Counted from the first letter of the stretch, positions 1 to 12,800 are shown. The stretch is 32,000 nucleotides of DNA from Wallemia ichthyophaga EXF-994 (GCF_000400465.1 NW_008806281.1:360001-392000); one strand, 5' to 3'. Made by a program: numbers and translations. Notes: generated by a model from the sequence alone, not told the origin.

Positions 1-194
1 GCCTCTGATACTGACGATCTAAGGGATGATATTGAAGATGCTCGCCTTCTTAAAGGATATCCACGGAGCCTTGTAGCCGTAGGCGGTGGCGTGCGTGGTG
101 TGCGTGGCGAGACACTAGCGTTTGATGAGACTGTGAAACCAGGTGAACGCTCAGGAAGGTTGATTTTTGAAGGGTGTGATTGTGTAACTGCCAT
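1..194 (-). CDS. 5' end of an unidentified protein-coding gene running off the window (Ser/Pro/Arg-rich N-terminus)
   Basis: Reverse complement from ATG at 194 is open to the window edge: MAVTQSHPSKINLPERSPGFTVSSNASVSPRTPRTPPPTATRLRGYPLRRRASSISSLRSSVSE. No family recognised. Confidence 0.5.
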   Translation of the reverse strand, partial: MAVTQSHPSKINLPERSPGFTVSSNASVSPRTPRTPPPTATRLRGYPLRRRASSISSLRSSVSE

Positions 195-494
195 TGATAT
201 TCCCTTGCTTATTTCCTTTATTTCCTCCGCTATCTTTTTCGGGTGATATTAGAGAGAGAGAGCGGAAGTGGAAAGCGCGGACGCGTCAAGTGAAAAATTT
301 GGAGTGGGCTGATTTGAATGTAGGAAACAATTGAATAATTGAAAATAAAAATTGTGAAATATCATCGATTTGAAATTCTGGTTACTGATTCATCGATAGG
401 CCCCAACTCGCTCCATGATGAGATCACTGAGGCACGAATAGAAGATGCGCATTGGTCTTTCTTGACGGTGACGAAAGTGTAAACTAATTGCAAT

Positions 495-848
495 ATGTCA
501 TTCAGCACAATCAGCAGCAACAACAGCAGCAGCGACTCTGGTCTACTCTCTCCACCTCCTTCTCACCGCTCAGACGGCGAGGACAGCAACAACAGCAATG
601 GCAGCGTCGGCAAGTACAACATGACCCTTCAGTCTTACAGCGCTAGCTTGTGCGGCTATCACTTGGCGGCTGTGCGTAAAGCAACAAATGCAGTTGCAGA
701 TGCACAATCCAAATCACTCTCTCCGTCTTTATCTAACTTGAGCCCTTCTAAACCTCCTAGATCCGCAAAGAAGGACAAAGCTCCGATTATTGCTGCTTCT
801 CTCGTCATGCATAAAGCTCAACAAGATCGTTACAATGAAAAATTTTAG
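495..848 (+). CDS. Hypothetical 117-aa Ser/Asn/Pro-rich protein
   Basis: Single-exon ORF in the track, A-rich start context (gcaatATG), divergent from the gene at 194. No recognisable domain. Confidence 0.55.
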   Translation: MSFSTISSNNSSSDSGLLSPPPSHRSDGEDSNNSNGSVGKYNMTLQSYSASLCGYHLAAVRKATNAVADAQSKSLSPSLSNLSPSKPPRSAKKDKAPIIAASLVMHKAQQDRYNEKF

Positions 849-1497
849 ACCAATAATCTTGAATCACAGATAATAATCATTATTCACAATCATCGTATCA
901 TACCAATATTCCTACAGTTATTTCATTATTGAAACATCTTGCAATCGCATAGCTATTTACTCTGTTTGACAGTTCACTCGCATAACACAATTTCAGTAAC
1001 AAGAACGCAGATGACTTTTTAATCTATCCATCTTTTCCACACCAAACACCCTTAATCAACGCTACTTCTCATCATGAATGTAATATCTTTCATATGAACA
1101 CTTCAGCTTCCTTCTTCCAATTTGAAAGCATGTCTGCTTGGTTTTGCTTTTCACTCACAGTTTTCTATACTATCCTCGAGTATCCTTGTGTCTTAAAGCT
1201 TTTCGACGATTTTTTCGAAATTCACCCTTCTAATGGTGAGTGCTTCAAAATTACAAGCGACACAAAATTTTCAAACTAGTGATCAGCATTTCCCAAATCA
1301 AGAGCTTTTGCGTCATTTCTAATCTCATTAAGATTGTGTGATAAGGGAGGCAATTGAGGGAGTGTATTAGTAATTTAGTGGCCTTTGATCATGTTAAATG
1401 AGGAGTCAAGTTGATGTTCCTGACAAATTGCTCTCTAAAAACCTGTTAAAGTTGACACCAAGAAAAAGATCCACGGAAATGGCGATTTGAGGGGGAT

Positions 1498-1513
1498 ATA
1501 TATGTACATATAT
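1498..1513. promoter_or_regulatory. 16-bp TATA-like palindrome ATATATGTACATATAT about 100 bp upstream of ARL1
   Basis: Palindrome read directly from the sequence. The promoter role is inferred from position only. Confidence 0.3.
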
Positions 1514-1611
1514 CGGGCTGTATGATTTTAAAGGATTCTTATTTAATTTTTATCCGCAATTCCTACACAACCTGATCTTCTACCACGCTTCGATTCATAC
1601 ACTCAACGCTG

Positions 1612-2448
1612 ATGGGTGCAACTCTATCAGGACTGGCCAATATATTCAAGCCACTGTTCTTCTGGAACGGAGGGAAAGAGTGTCGTATTCTAATGCTGGG
1701 ATTAGATGCTGCAGGGAAAACGACGATCATCTACAGATTGCAAGTGCGTGGAATGTGACAGCACTAAGCTCGATCGCGATTTATGTAGTTGGTAGCGGGA
1801 GTCTAACCTATCAATTAGCTTGGAGAAGTAATTCAAACAATACCCACTATTGGGTTCAATGTGGAGAGCATCGATTACAATGGCCTCAAACTCAATGTTT
1901 GGGATTTGGGTGGACAGACCAGTATTAGGCCGTGGGTATTATTGACTCAGGCTTACAATCACAACTCACAAATGCTTGTGTAGATATTGGCGGTGTTATT
2001 ACGCCAACACACAGGCGATTATGTCAGTCTAATTGCCATTGAGAACAAGGGCTTACACGTAAACATCAACAGATACGTTGTTGATTCCACAGAGTCAGTT
2101 TGCTAGTAATCTGAATGGCATCCGCTCACACCCACCAGTACCGAACGATTACCAACATCACGCTCAGAACTGATTACAATGCTTTCAGAGGACGAGCTCA
2201 AGGATGCAAAGTTGCTAGTACTCGCCAATAAGCAGGACAGCCCGGACGCGTTACCTGCGTCAGAGGTATCTCTTCAACTTGGTTTGGATAGCATGAAAGA
2301 CCGTACGTGGAGTGTACGTGGATGTTCTGCTATAAGTCAGGATGGAGAGCTCAATGAGGCATTGAATTGGTGTGTTTGTATGAGGATATATGAGTATCTC
2401 ACTGATTGCAAACGCAGGTTGGTAAATGCACTTAAAAACGACGAATAG
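1612..2448 (+). CDS. ARL1: ADP-ribosylation factor-like GTPase Arl1 (6 exons)
   Basis: Introns at 1744-1818, 1932-1983, 2023-2072, 2094-2138 and 2370-2417 give MGATLS (myristoylation pattern), [10 protein letters not shown]-loop, [27 protein letters not shown] (Arl1-type) and NKQD. Confidence 0.92.
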
Positions 2449-2606
2449 CAACAACACAACATTGTATTTATATCAAAACTTTCAAACGACGTCGTCTTGT
2501 TTTGTTGATGACTGCGAATCTTGATATTGTGACATCACTTTCCCGGAATGGTGAGGAATTCGATATTTGAAGGCTTCACACCTTACTTAGAACGATTAAG
2601 GCTGAA

Positions 2607-3777
2607 ATGAAAACTTGGAAATTAGGGGCTGGATTGGCTGGCCTGAGTGGCGCGTCAGCCTATACGATTCTAGCAGGTAGCTATAATGCGAGCTTGACGA
2701 CGTATACCTTTGATAGCGATAAGAGTACTATTGGATACGGCAAGAAACATTCTTTGCCTCAAGGATTTGCGCCTTCATGGATACAAGAATCACCAGTTAA
2801 TGACTCACTCGTTGCCGTGTGCTCAGAAACATTTCCTGGGAGCGTGGCATCAACGTTAATTGAAGACGCTGAAAATCATAGCGTTGTGAATACTCTTCCT
2901 TCTGGTGGTGACGGACCTGCTAGTGGTGGTTTTACTGCTGATGGGAAGTGCTTTGTTGCAGCGAATGTGAGTGGTCTTTTGCCAAGTTTAATTGAATTCT
3001 CAATTCAAATAGTATGCTAGTGGCAGTATACAAGCCTACAGCGTTGCAGACGATGGTAAGATATCTAACCTCGGAAAGCCTCAGCAGTTAAGCGGATCTG
3101 GACCAAATAAAGAGAGACAGACATCACCACATCCACACCACGTCGTTGCATCACCTTTAGATGACAAGACAGTGTACATACCTGATCTCGGCAGTGACAG
3201 AATTCTGCAATTCGCCATTAAGAATGATAATCTTGATAAGGTGGCTGAATATGAGACTCCTGCTGGTTCAGGACCACGACACGGAGTTTTCCATCCAGAG
3301 TTACCAATATTATATGTCATTACAGAGTTGTCTAATGAGGTTTTAGTGTTTAAAGTTGATGACAGCGGTGGGTTGGAACAAATATCCAAGATTGGGATTG
3401 TTCCAGAAAGCAAAAAGAACAAGACATCAATGCAGGCATCTGAGATTGGTATAAGCAGTGATGGAAAGTATATATACGCAGCTAACAGGGACGTGAAGCC
3501 TGCAGATGCCAAGGATGAAGATCACCTTGCTATAATCACGGTTGGTGAGAAGGGTGAAGAGTTGAGCGTGAAAGGACACGCCAAAGTTGGAGGGATACAA
3601 CCAAGGGCATTTAAGCTATTTGGAGCTAAGGAGGAGTATTTGATAGTTGGGAATACTTACGAGAATGATCCTAATGTTGGAATATTCCAGCGTGATACAC
3701 TCACAGGAGAAGTGAAACAAGCAGCGAAACAAGGAGGGCAGTCACCAACGTCGTTCATTTGGCTGGCTGACTTGTAA
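2607..3777 (+). CDS. Lactonase, 7-bladed beta-propeller (6-phosphogluconolactonase Pgl / carboxy-muconate cyclase family), with predicted signal peptide
   Basis: Intron 2967-3012 joins the frames (...AAN|YASGS...). Family motifs HPHHV, YIPDLGSDRI, GSGPRH, TELSN and QPRAF are present. N-terminus MKTWKLGAGLAGLSGASA looks like a signal peptide. Confidence 0.85.
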
Positions 3778-3829
3778 ATAAAGTAAAAATTAATATAATT
3801 CCTACCTCCTTTCTTAACATCCATGTTGT

Positions 3830-5769
3830 ATGGCTTTCAGGATTGTGATCACAGCCAATAACACACACGATAAGAAAGATATTTTCCAAGATTTATCTAT
3901 AAGCAGCAATAAACGCAGTAAACAAGGTACACAAGGCTCACAGTGTAAAGATAGCAGATTCGGCGATATAACAATTAGTTACATTGATCCACTGTTATCA
4001 GATCCGTTCGAAGAACTAAAGAACTGTGTTAATAGCGCTATATTAAGAGAAATTCCTTCACCAGGCACTTACATGGAATTCAACAACTGCGACCAAGGTA
4101 CAGTTACAACACCTTCACCACCAATCGCAAAATATTATCCAGCAGCATTCGAAGGAAATGTTGAAGTAAGCGGTATTATTCACCTTTATAAAGATTCGTT
4201 ATCACTTGAAGAGAGCGATAATGACGCTATGAATGAGCTCAATTTCATTCAAACGTCTTCAAGTGCCGCTCTTTCCTCAGCTGAGAGGAACTCTGTCGTT
4301 GGAATCTTAGCTGTACCTTCCTCAATGTCCCCTTCAGACTTGCTCGAATTCATCAGACCCGCCCTCGACGCTATTTCACACATACGTATTCTCAGGGATG
4401 CTGCTCCGAATCGCTTCATTACTGTTATTAAGTTTAAGGATTTTAGAGACGCTATCGAGTTCAAAGATATGTATGATGGTACTCCTTTCTCCAGCCTTAA
4501 CGAGGAAATATGCCGTGTCGTTAGAATATCTTCAGTTGAAATACAGCCAGATTCCAGCAACATGAAGCCTTCTTCATTCGAACTGAGTGCATCTGATGGC
4601 TGGATTAGTGGTGCAAATCAGTCTATCGAGCTACCAACCTGTCCTGTTTGTCTCGATAGAATGGATGGCTCAGCGACAGGTCTGATGACTATACCCTGCA
4701 ACCACAGCTTTCACTGTACCTGCCTTTCAGCATGGCCTAACTCTAGATGTCCAGTATGTAGGTATTCTCTGCCAAAGTTTCAGCCAGAGTCATCTTCTCA
4801 ACCAACGCAATCGCAATCTAGTCAAACACAATGTACAAGCTGTGGAACTTACGATGATCTTTGGATATGCCTTATTTGTGGTCATGTTGGTTGTGGTAGA
4901 TATGGCCCTGGTCACGCATATCGTCATTATGAGGAGACTACGCATCTCTTTTCACTCGATCTAGCTACACAGCGTGTTTGGGATTATGCAGGTGATGGTT
5001 ACGTTCATCGCCTTATTCAAAAATCGGATGGAAAGGTCGTTGAGCTTCCTTCTGCTACGTCTTCGTACTCTCAACTCGCTTCTAAGAGCAAGCAAAGAGA
5101 TAATAATCCTGAACAAGACGAAGAAGGGATAGAGAAGAAGGGTAGTGGAGCTGAAGATGAGATGGTCGCTTTGGAATTCTCTGCTTTATTGGCATCTCAG
5201 CTGGAAACTCAAAGGTATTATTTTGTGAGTGTGGAGTTGCTATAAAGTTTCAGCTAACAGAATTTAAGGAAAACAAGCAGGCATATCTCAATGCACGTGT
5301 GGAAAGCCTTGAGATGGCCATAGAATCACAAAGGAACATGGTTGATCCCGAAGAAGGACTTATCAAAGAAAACAATAGACTGGAGAAGAAGGTCAGCAAG
5401 TCTGCTGAAATATTACATTTCGTACGTAAGCAAGCAGATGAAGAAAAATCATTTTCAAGGGGCTTACTTGCGCGGATTGACAAGCTAATCCAACAGAATG
5501 AAAGTCAGAACGAGATAATAGCTGGATTATCAGCTGAAAACACAGAATTGAAGGAGAATGTTAGGGATCTAATGTTTTTCGTGGAGGCAAGGGAGAAAGT
5601 ACCGACACTAGCAGAGGGAGAAATGGCTGGTGGAAGCGTAGGCGTTGCACCGCCACCACCCTCGTACAGCAAGCAAAAAAAAAAGAAGAAGAAGAAGGAA
5701 AAGAAACCACCGCAAGGAGCATCAGCATCAGAATCAACGACAAAGCCAGCATTAACGCCACCAAATTAA
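3830..5769 (+). CDS. ETP1: BRAP2/IMP/Etp1-family RING and ZnF-UBP E3 ubiquitin ligase
   Basis: BRAP2 RRM-like region (ILAVPSSMSPSDLLEF), RING (ELPTCPVCLDRMD...CNHSFHCTC...CPVCRY), ZnF-UBP (LWICLICGHVGCGRY...QRVWDYAGDGYVHRLIQ) and a C-terminal coiled coil. Intron 5225-5268. Confidence 0.9.
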
Positions 5770-6052
5770 CTTATTACAACTGTATCTATCACTTTATAAA
5801 TATTAAAAGCCATTCGGCTCAAGCAACACACTCTAATGTGATACATTTTTGTAGATTCTTCAAAATCTGGATAATGTCTCACCTATGACATCACTCAGAG
5901 AAGACTTTTACTTTCAAACTTTGGCTAATTTACGGGTACTCAAAAGCTCGCAGCTCAATATTATCGGTTAAACTTCGTAGACTTGTTTTGGGTAGTTAAA
6001 GATTCTAGTTGAAGAAACTGGAGTAGCCTTTAAGAACCACCAACACGACGCA

Positions 6053-6602
6053 ATGACGAGCTCAGGAAGATACCTTCGCAGGGGAGCATTGGATGATGAA
6101 GACGCATCGAAATTAAAACTCGGTGCCGAGTTTAATGATATGGGTTGCTTGACAATTTCGGAAGTGAAGCATTTGCTCGATGGCCGTACTGGCCAACAAG
6201 ATACGCCGTGGGTTTATAACAAGTGGGTTAAGTATATAGCTTATAGTGGCAAAAGGGTTTTCAAGAAGACGTCAGAGTACGTTAATACGTTCACGGTGTT
6301 CGGTAGTAAGGAATCAGCCATTTCCGTACGAGAGTGGGTATCATAAACAGCGGCAAGTGACTCCATTGATTTGAAAGTCAGAGCATTAAAGAAAGATGAG
6401 AAAATGACACAATTTGAACAAGCTCAGATTGGTAATTTAGTCCCCGGGGATGTTGATGAAGCTAAATCATTAATACCAAGGTGAGTAGGAGGTTTTAATA
6501 GCCGCGAAAAAGCTAAATGGGCTAAATAGTCTCTACGAGAACGATGAGATGACTTTGCAGACAATATTAGATGAATTGGATGCACTACGCAAGATGCAGT
6601 GA
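6053..6602 (+). CDS. RPB4: RNA polymerase II subunit Rpb4 (4 exons)
   Basis: EEDA-like DEDASKLKLGAEF, CLTISEVKHLL, and after splicing VFKKTSEYVNTF, QFEQAQIGNLVPGDVDEAKSLIPSL and LQTILDELDALRKMQ*. Confidence 0.9.
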
Positions 6603-6826
6603 GATGGGATAAATTGTGAAAGATTTAGTGATATTTGAATAATGTATTTGATACAAAAAAGTATTATATTAATAGTTTGTAAATTATATCTAAATAAATT
6701 AAAATTTTCACCCCATCCAATTTGATATTGGGATTCTCAATCGGTTTTGTTTGCCTGCAAGCAATCACCACAAACAAATCAAAATAATTCTTGAACCTAT
6801 ACCATCATCTAATTTAAATTTTAAAT

Positions 6827-9800
6827 ATGAATTATTCTCATTTCATTGGCGGTAATGCCGTAGACAGCGCTAAGCCATCTCCACTCAAGGACTTTGTCAA
6901 GCTTCATCAAGGACACACGGTAATCTCTAAAGTTCTTATCGCAAACAACGGTGTGTTTGTCTCCCCAAATCTACAGCCACCAACGACTCATATCTATCTC
7001 AGGTATCGCTGCAGTTAAAGAAATCAGATCCGTGAGGAAGTGGTGCTATGAGCAATTCGGTCATGAAAGAGCTGTAGAATTCGTAGCTATGGCCACTCCA
7101 GAAGATTTAGCTGTTAACGCTGATTACATTCGTATGGCTGACGAATATGTCGAGGTTCCTGGCGGTTCAAATAACAACAACTACGCAAACGTTGACTTTA
7201 TCGTTGATGTCGCTGAACGCGCTGGTGTCCATGCTGTATGGGCTGGTTGGTTAGTCCACACTCGTTAACCTCCACAAACAAACTAACAAACACTCAAGGG
7301 GTCACGCTTCTGAGAACCCAAGATTGCCTGAAATGCTTGCTCAATCTCAAATTGTCTTTATCGGTCCCCCTGGCTCTGCTATGCGTAGCTTGGGTGATAA
7401 AATCTCTTCCACCATCGTTGCTCAGTCCGCTCACGTCCCTACAATGGCTTGGTCCGGTACTGGTATCTCTGACACAACCCTCTCCCCTCAAAACTTTGTT
7501 ACCGTTCCAGACGAAGCTTACAAGAACGCTACCGTCACAACCGTCGAGCAGGGTCTCGAGAAGGCTCAATCAATCGGTTTCCCTGTCATGATCAAAGCAT
7601 CTGAAGGTGGTGGTGGTAAGGGTATTCGTAAGGTTGAAGATGCCGCAGATTTCCCTCTCAGTTTCACCGCCGTTCTTGGTGAGGTTCCTGGCTCTCCTGT
7701 TTTCATCATGAAATTGGCCGGTGCTGCTAGACATTTGGAGGTCCAATTGCTCGCTGATCAATATGGAAATGCTATCTCACTCTTTGGTCGTGATTGTTCT
7801 GTTCAACGTCGTCACCAAAAAATTATCGAAGAGGCTCCAGTCACCATTGCCGGTGAGGAACAGTTCGAGCAGATGGAAAAAGCTGCTGTACGGTTGGCTA
7901 AGCTCGTCGGTTATGTCTCTGCTGGTACTGTTGAATATCTCTACTCTCACTCCGAAGATAAGTTCTTCTTCTTAGAACTTAACCCACGTCTTCAAGTTGA
8001 GCATCCAACGACTGAGATGGTTTCAGGTGTCAACTTACCGGCTGCCCAATTACAAGTCGCCATGGGTATTCCACTTCACAGAATTAGAGACATTCGTACG
8101 TTATACGGCAAGACCCCAACTGGTGAATCCCCGATTGACTTTGACTTCTCTTCATCCGAAGCCCTTCAAACTCAGCGTAAACCAAAACCAAAAGGACACG
8201 TCGTTGCTGTACGTCTTACTGCAGAAGACCCTGATGCAGGTTTCAAGCCATCTGGCGGTACTGTACATGAATTGAACTTCAGATCAAGTCCAAACGTTTG
8301 GGGTTATTTTGCTATTGGAGCAAGGGGTGGTCTTCACTCATTAGCTGACTCTCAATTCGGTCATTGTTTCTCTTACGGTGCTGACAGATCTGAAGCTCGT
8401 AAGAACATGGTCGTCGCACTTAAGGAGATCTCCATTAGAGGTGATTTCAGAACGACTGTTGAATATCTCATCAAGCTTCTCGAGACACAGGCATTCGAAG
8501 AGAACACCATCACTACAGGATGGTTGGACACTCTCATATCGAACCGCCTCACTGCCGAGCGTCCAGACCAATACTTAGCTGTCATTTGTGGTGCACTCGT
8601 TAAGGCTCACGTCGCAAGTGAGGAGAGCTGGGCTGAATACAGAGCCATTCTTGAGAAGGGTCAAGTTCCACCAAAGGAGAAGCTGCAAACCATTTTCTCT
8701 GTTGATTTCATCTACGAAGGTACGAAATACAACTTCACCGTCACCAGATCTTCATTGCTTGGTTGGACCTTATACCTCAACGGCAGCGCAACCAAGGTTA
8801 CTGCTCGTCCCCTTGCTGATGGTGGTTTGTTGGTTCTTTTAGATGGTAAATCACACAGTGTCTATTGGAGAGACGAGTCGATTGCATGGAGGGTTATGAT
8901 TGATGGAAAAACTTGTCTCATTGAGCAAGAAAACGACCCCACACAACTCCGTTCTCCATCTCCAGGTAAACTCGTCAGATACCTTGTTGAAAGTGGTGGT
9001 CATATTCGTGCTGGCCAACCATTCGCTGAGATTGAGGTGTGTTTGAAAATAGCAAGTACGCTTATAGCTAACATAATCACAGGTCATGAAAATGTACATG
9101 CCTCTAATCGCTACGGAAGATGGTTCACCTATGTTCATTAAACAAGTTGGTGTAGCTTTGCAACCTGGTGAAGTACTTGGTATTCTTGCCCTCGACGACC
9201 CAAGCCGAGTCAAGCATGCTAAGCCTTTCGAGGGCCAATTACCAGCCTTTGGTCCACCATCTCTTCTTGGCAACAAACCACACCAACGTCAAGCATACTT
9301 GGTCGACGCTATTAACACCATTCTTGACGGTTACGACAACCTCTCAATCATGCAACCTACTTTGAAGGAATTGATTGAGGTTTTGCGTGATTCTCAGCTT
9401 CCATACGCTATGATGAGTCAATTACTTTCAACTCTTTCAGGTCGTATTCCAGCTAGGCTTGAGGATGATATTCGTGAGCTTGTAGAATTACACCACTCGC
9501 AGCAAGTCGAATTCCCTGCCGTCAAAGTTGTTGATCTTATTGAAGCTTACACTATTGCAAACATTCGTGCACAAGACCGTGCTACCTTTAGATTAAGTGT
9601 CGGACCAATCATTGAAATTGCGGAACAATTCAGAGGTGGTCTTAAGGTTCACGAATGGACAGTACTAGCTGGCTTCATCAACAAGTACGTTGAAACTGAG
9701 AATTTGTTCGGACTTGGTGAAGATCGTGCTGCTTTAGCATTGAGAGAGCAATACCGTGACAACTTAGAGCAAGCTGCTGCCGTCGTTCTTTCTCATGTTA

Positions 9801-12800
9801 AGGTTCAATCCAAGAATAGACTCATGCACGCAATCTTAGATCTGATTAAGGGTGGTGGTATCAACTTCACCCACTCTGACAACCCATTGAATAAGTCACT
9901 CAAGGAGCTCGCTGATCTTGATACCAAGCTCAGCACCAAAGTTGCTCTCAAGGCTAGAGAAGTTCTTATCTTGACGCAGATTCCTTCATACGAAGAGCGT
10001 GTCGGTCAAATGGGCGATATCTTAAAGTCTTCAGTCACAACAAATCTTTATGGTGAGAAAGGACAAGAATTTTCAATGCCAAACGTCGAAATACTCAAGG
10101 AACTCACCGATTCTCGCTACACTGTCTTTGATGTCTTGACTACTTTCTTTGCTCACCAAAACCCTTGGATATCTTTGGGTAGGACATACTATTCTGATAA
10201 CGATATTTACTGACGTATTACAGCTGCTCTCCAAGTCTACGTTTCACGTGCCTACCGTGCATACACAGTTCTCGGTGTTGACTACCATCCAAGTGAAGAA
10301 GTCGATGCCCCTCACATCGTTACTTGGCGCTTCCGTCTGGGTCAATCACCAGACGCACCTCAAACGCCACGTGTCGACTCGTTCAAGGACGTCACAAGAG
10401 TTGGTTCAATGTCAGATCTCACATACGCTGTTAAGCGCAACTCACTCGAGCCACTTCGCATGGGTGCCATTGCTTCATTTAACAACTTGTCTGCTCTTCA
10501 AGTTGGCATCAACAAAGTTCTCGCTATGTACTCTCACTTTGATGCTCCAAAGCACTACGAACGTTATGGCGAAGGTGCACAACCACCAAACGTTCTCAAC
10601 TTGGCTGTAAACGCCTTTAACAAGGAGGACGATTTAAGCAACGAAGCATGGTTGGAGAGCTTCATTGAATTGACCAACCAAGTTGGCGATAAGATCAGAG
10701 AATGCGGTATTAGAAGAGTCACCTATTTGATCAACCACAAGGGTGAATACCCCTGGTTCTATACCATGCGTGATGTAAACGGTAGATGGATCGAACAAGA
10801 GGAAATCAGAAACATTGAGCCAGCTCTCGCCTACCAACTCGAGCTTGGTAGACTCTCCAACTTTAAGATCACACCTTCGTTTGTTGAGAACCGTCAAATT
10901 CACATTTATCATGCTCAAGGTCGTGAGAACGCATCTGACAACAGATTTTTCATCAGAGCTTTGGTTAGACCTGGTAGACTACGTGGCTCGATCCGTACAA
11001 CTGATTACTTGATCTCTGAATCAGACAGACTTGTTGGGGATATCCTCGACGCTCTTGAAGTTGCAGGCGCAGATCATCCAACTGCTGACTGTAACCACGT
11101 CTCTCTTAACTTCCTCTACAACCTCCGCGTTTCATTTGATGAAGTTCAAGAAGCACTTGCTGGCTTTATCGACCGCCACGGCAAGCGTCTCTGGAGATTG
11201 AGAGTTACCGGAGCTGAGATTCGTATCGTTCTTGAAGATGAAGAGGGTAACGTTCAACCAATTAGAGCTGTTATCGAGAACGTCAGTGGATTCGTCGTCA
11301 AATACGAGGCCTACCAGGAAGTCGAGACTGACTCAGGCTCAAGTATCCTTAAATCGATTGGACCACAAGGTGCTCATCACTTACAACCAGTTAACGCACC
11401 CTACCCAACCAAAGAGTGGCTTCAACCAAAGCGTTACAAAGCCCACGTTATAGGGACAACCTATGTGTACGACTTCCCAGATCTCTTCCGTCAAGCTCTT
11501 CGCAACGTCTGGGCTACCGCTCTTCGTAACGCTCCAGGTTTGAATGTACCAGAAGACCCACTTGTTGCGTCGGAATTGGTTCTCGATGAGCACAACCAAT
11601 TACAAGAAGTTAACCGCAAGGCTGGTTCCAACACAATCGGTATGGTTGGATGGATCTTCACCATGAAGACACCAGAGTACCCACAAGGTAGACGTACAGT
11701 GATCGTTGCTAATGATATCACCTATCAAATTGGTTCTTTCGGTCCACTCGAGGACGAGTACTTCTTTAAGGTCACTGAACTCGCTCGTGCCTATGGCCTT
11801 CCAAGAATATATCTATCTGCTAACTCTGGTGCTCGTATTGGTTTGGCTGAGGAAATCATGAACATGTACTCTGTTGCCTGGAACGACGCTAGCAAGCCAT
11901 TAAAGGGCTTCAAGTATCTCTATCTCACACCTGAGAACTACGAGTCACTTAAGGAAGCTGCTTCATCCGTCAACGTTGAAGAGATCACCGATGATGGCGA
12001 GCGTAGATACAAGATCACTGATATCATTGGATTGCGTGATGGTCTGGGTGTGGAGTGTCTCAAGGGATCTGGATTGATTGCCGGTGAAACCACTCGCGCC
12101 TACGATGACATCTTTACCATCACTTTAGTCACTGCTAGATCTGTCGGTATAGGTGCTTACCTCGTCAGGTTGGGTCAACGTGCTGTTCAAGTTGAAGGTC
12201 AACCAATTATCCTCACTGGTGCTCCTGCTCTCAACAAGGTTCTTGGTCGTGAAGTCTATACCTCCAACTTGCAACTTGGTGGTACACAAATCATGCACAA
12301 GAACGGTATCTCTCACATTGTTTCTCCAAATGATCTAGAAGGTGCTATTTCTATTCTTCAATGGTTGTCATACGTTCCTGAACGCAAAGGAAAGCCAGTG
12401 CCAATCTCACCACAAGGCGATAGTTGGGATAGAATAGTCGAGTACGTTCCACCAAAGGGACCATACGACCCACGTTGGTTCTTGGCAGGTAAATCCGAAG
12501 ACGAAGAAGTAGGTGAACCAAAGTTCATGAAAGGTTTCTTCGACAAGGATTCATTCCAAGAAACGCTCGGTGGATGGGCTCAGACCGTTGTCACTGGTAG
12601 AGCCAAGTTGGGTGGTATTCCAATGGGTACTATTGCAGTCGAGACTCGCACAATGGAGAGAATCGTACCTGCCGACCCTGCCAACCCAGTCTCATTCGAA
12701 CAGCGTATCATGGAAGCTGGTCAAGTTTGGTACCCTAACTCCGCATACAAGACCGCGCAAGCTATTCAAGACTTCAACCGTGAAGAACTGCCACTCATGA

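Noticed and set aside
1309-1323. CVIS tetrapeptide resembling a pheromone CAAX box
   Set aside because: It is followed by Asn, not a stop, in that frame, and no precursor ORF ends there.
5675-5700. A10 run and poly-Lys near the BRAP2 C-terminus (possible frameshift or slippage)
   Set aside because: The frame stays open to a normal stop, and basic tails are unremarkable in this family.
6208-6255. Tandem GTGGGT donors 15 nt apart in RPB4 intron 1 (in-frame alternative)
   Set aside because: The second donor would leave a 33-nt intron, shorter than any other here, and the first donor gives the expected protein.
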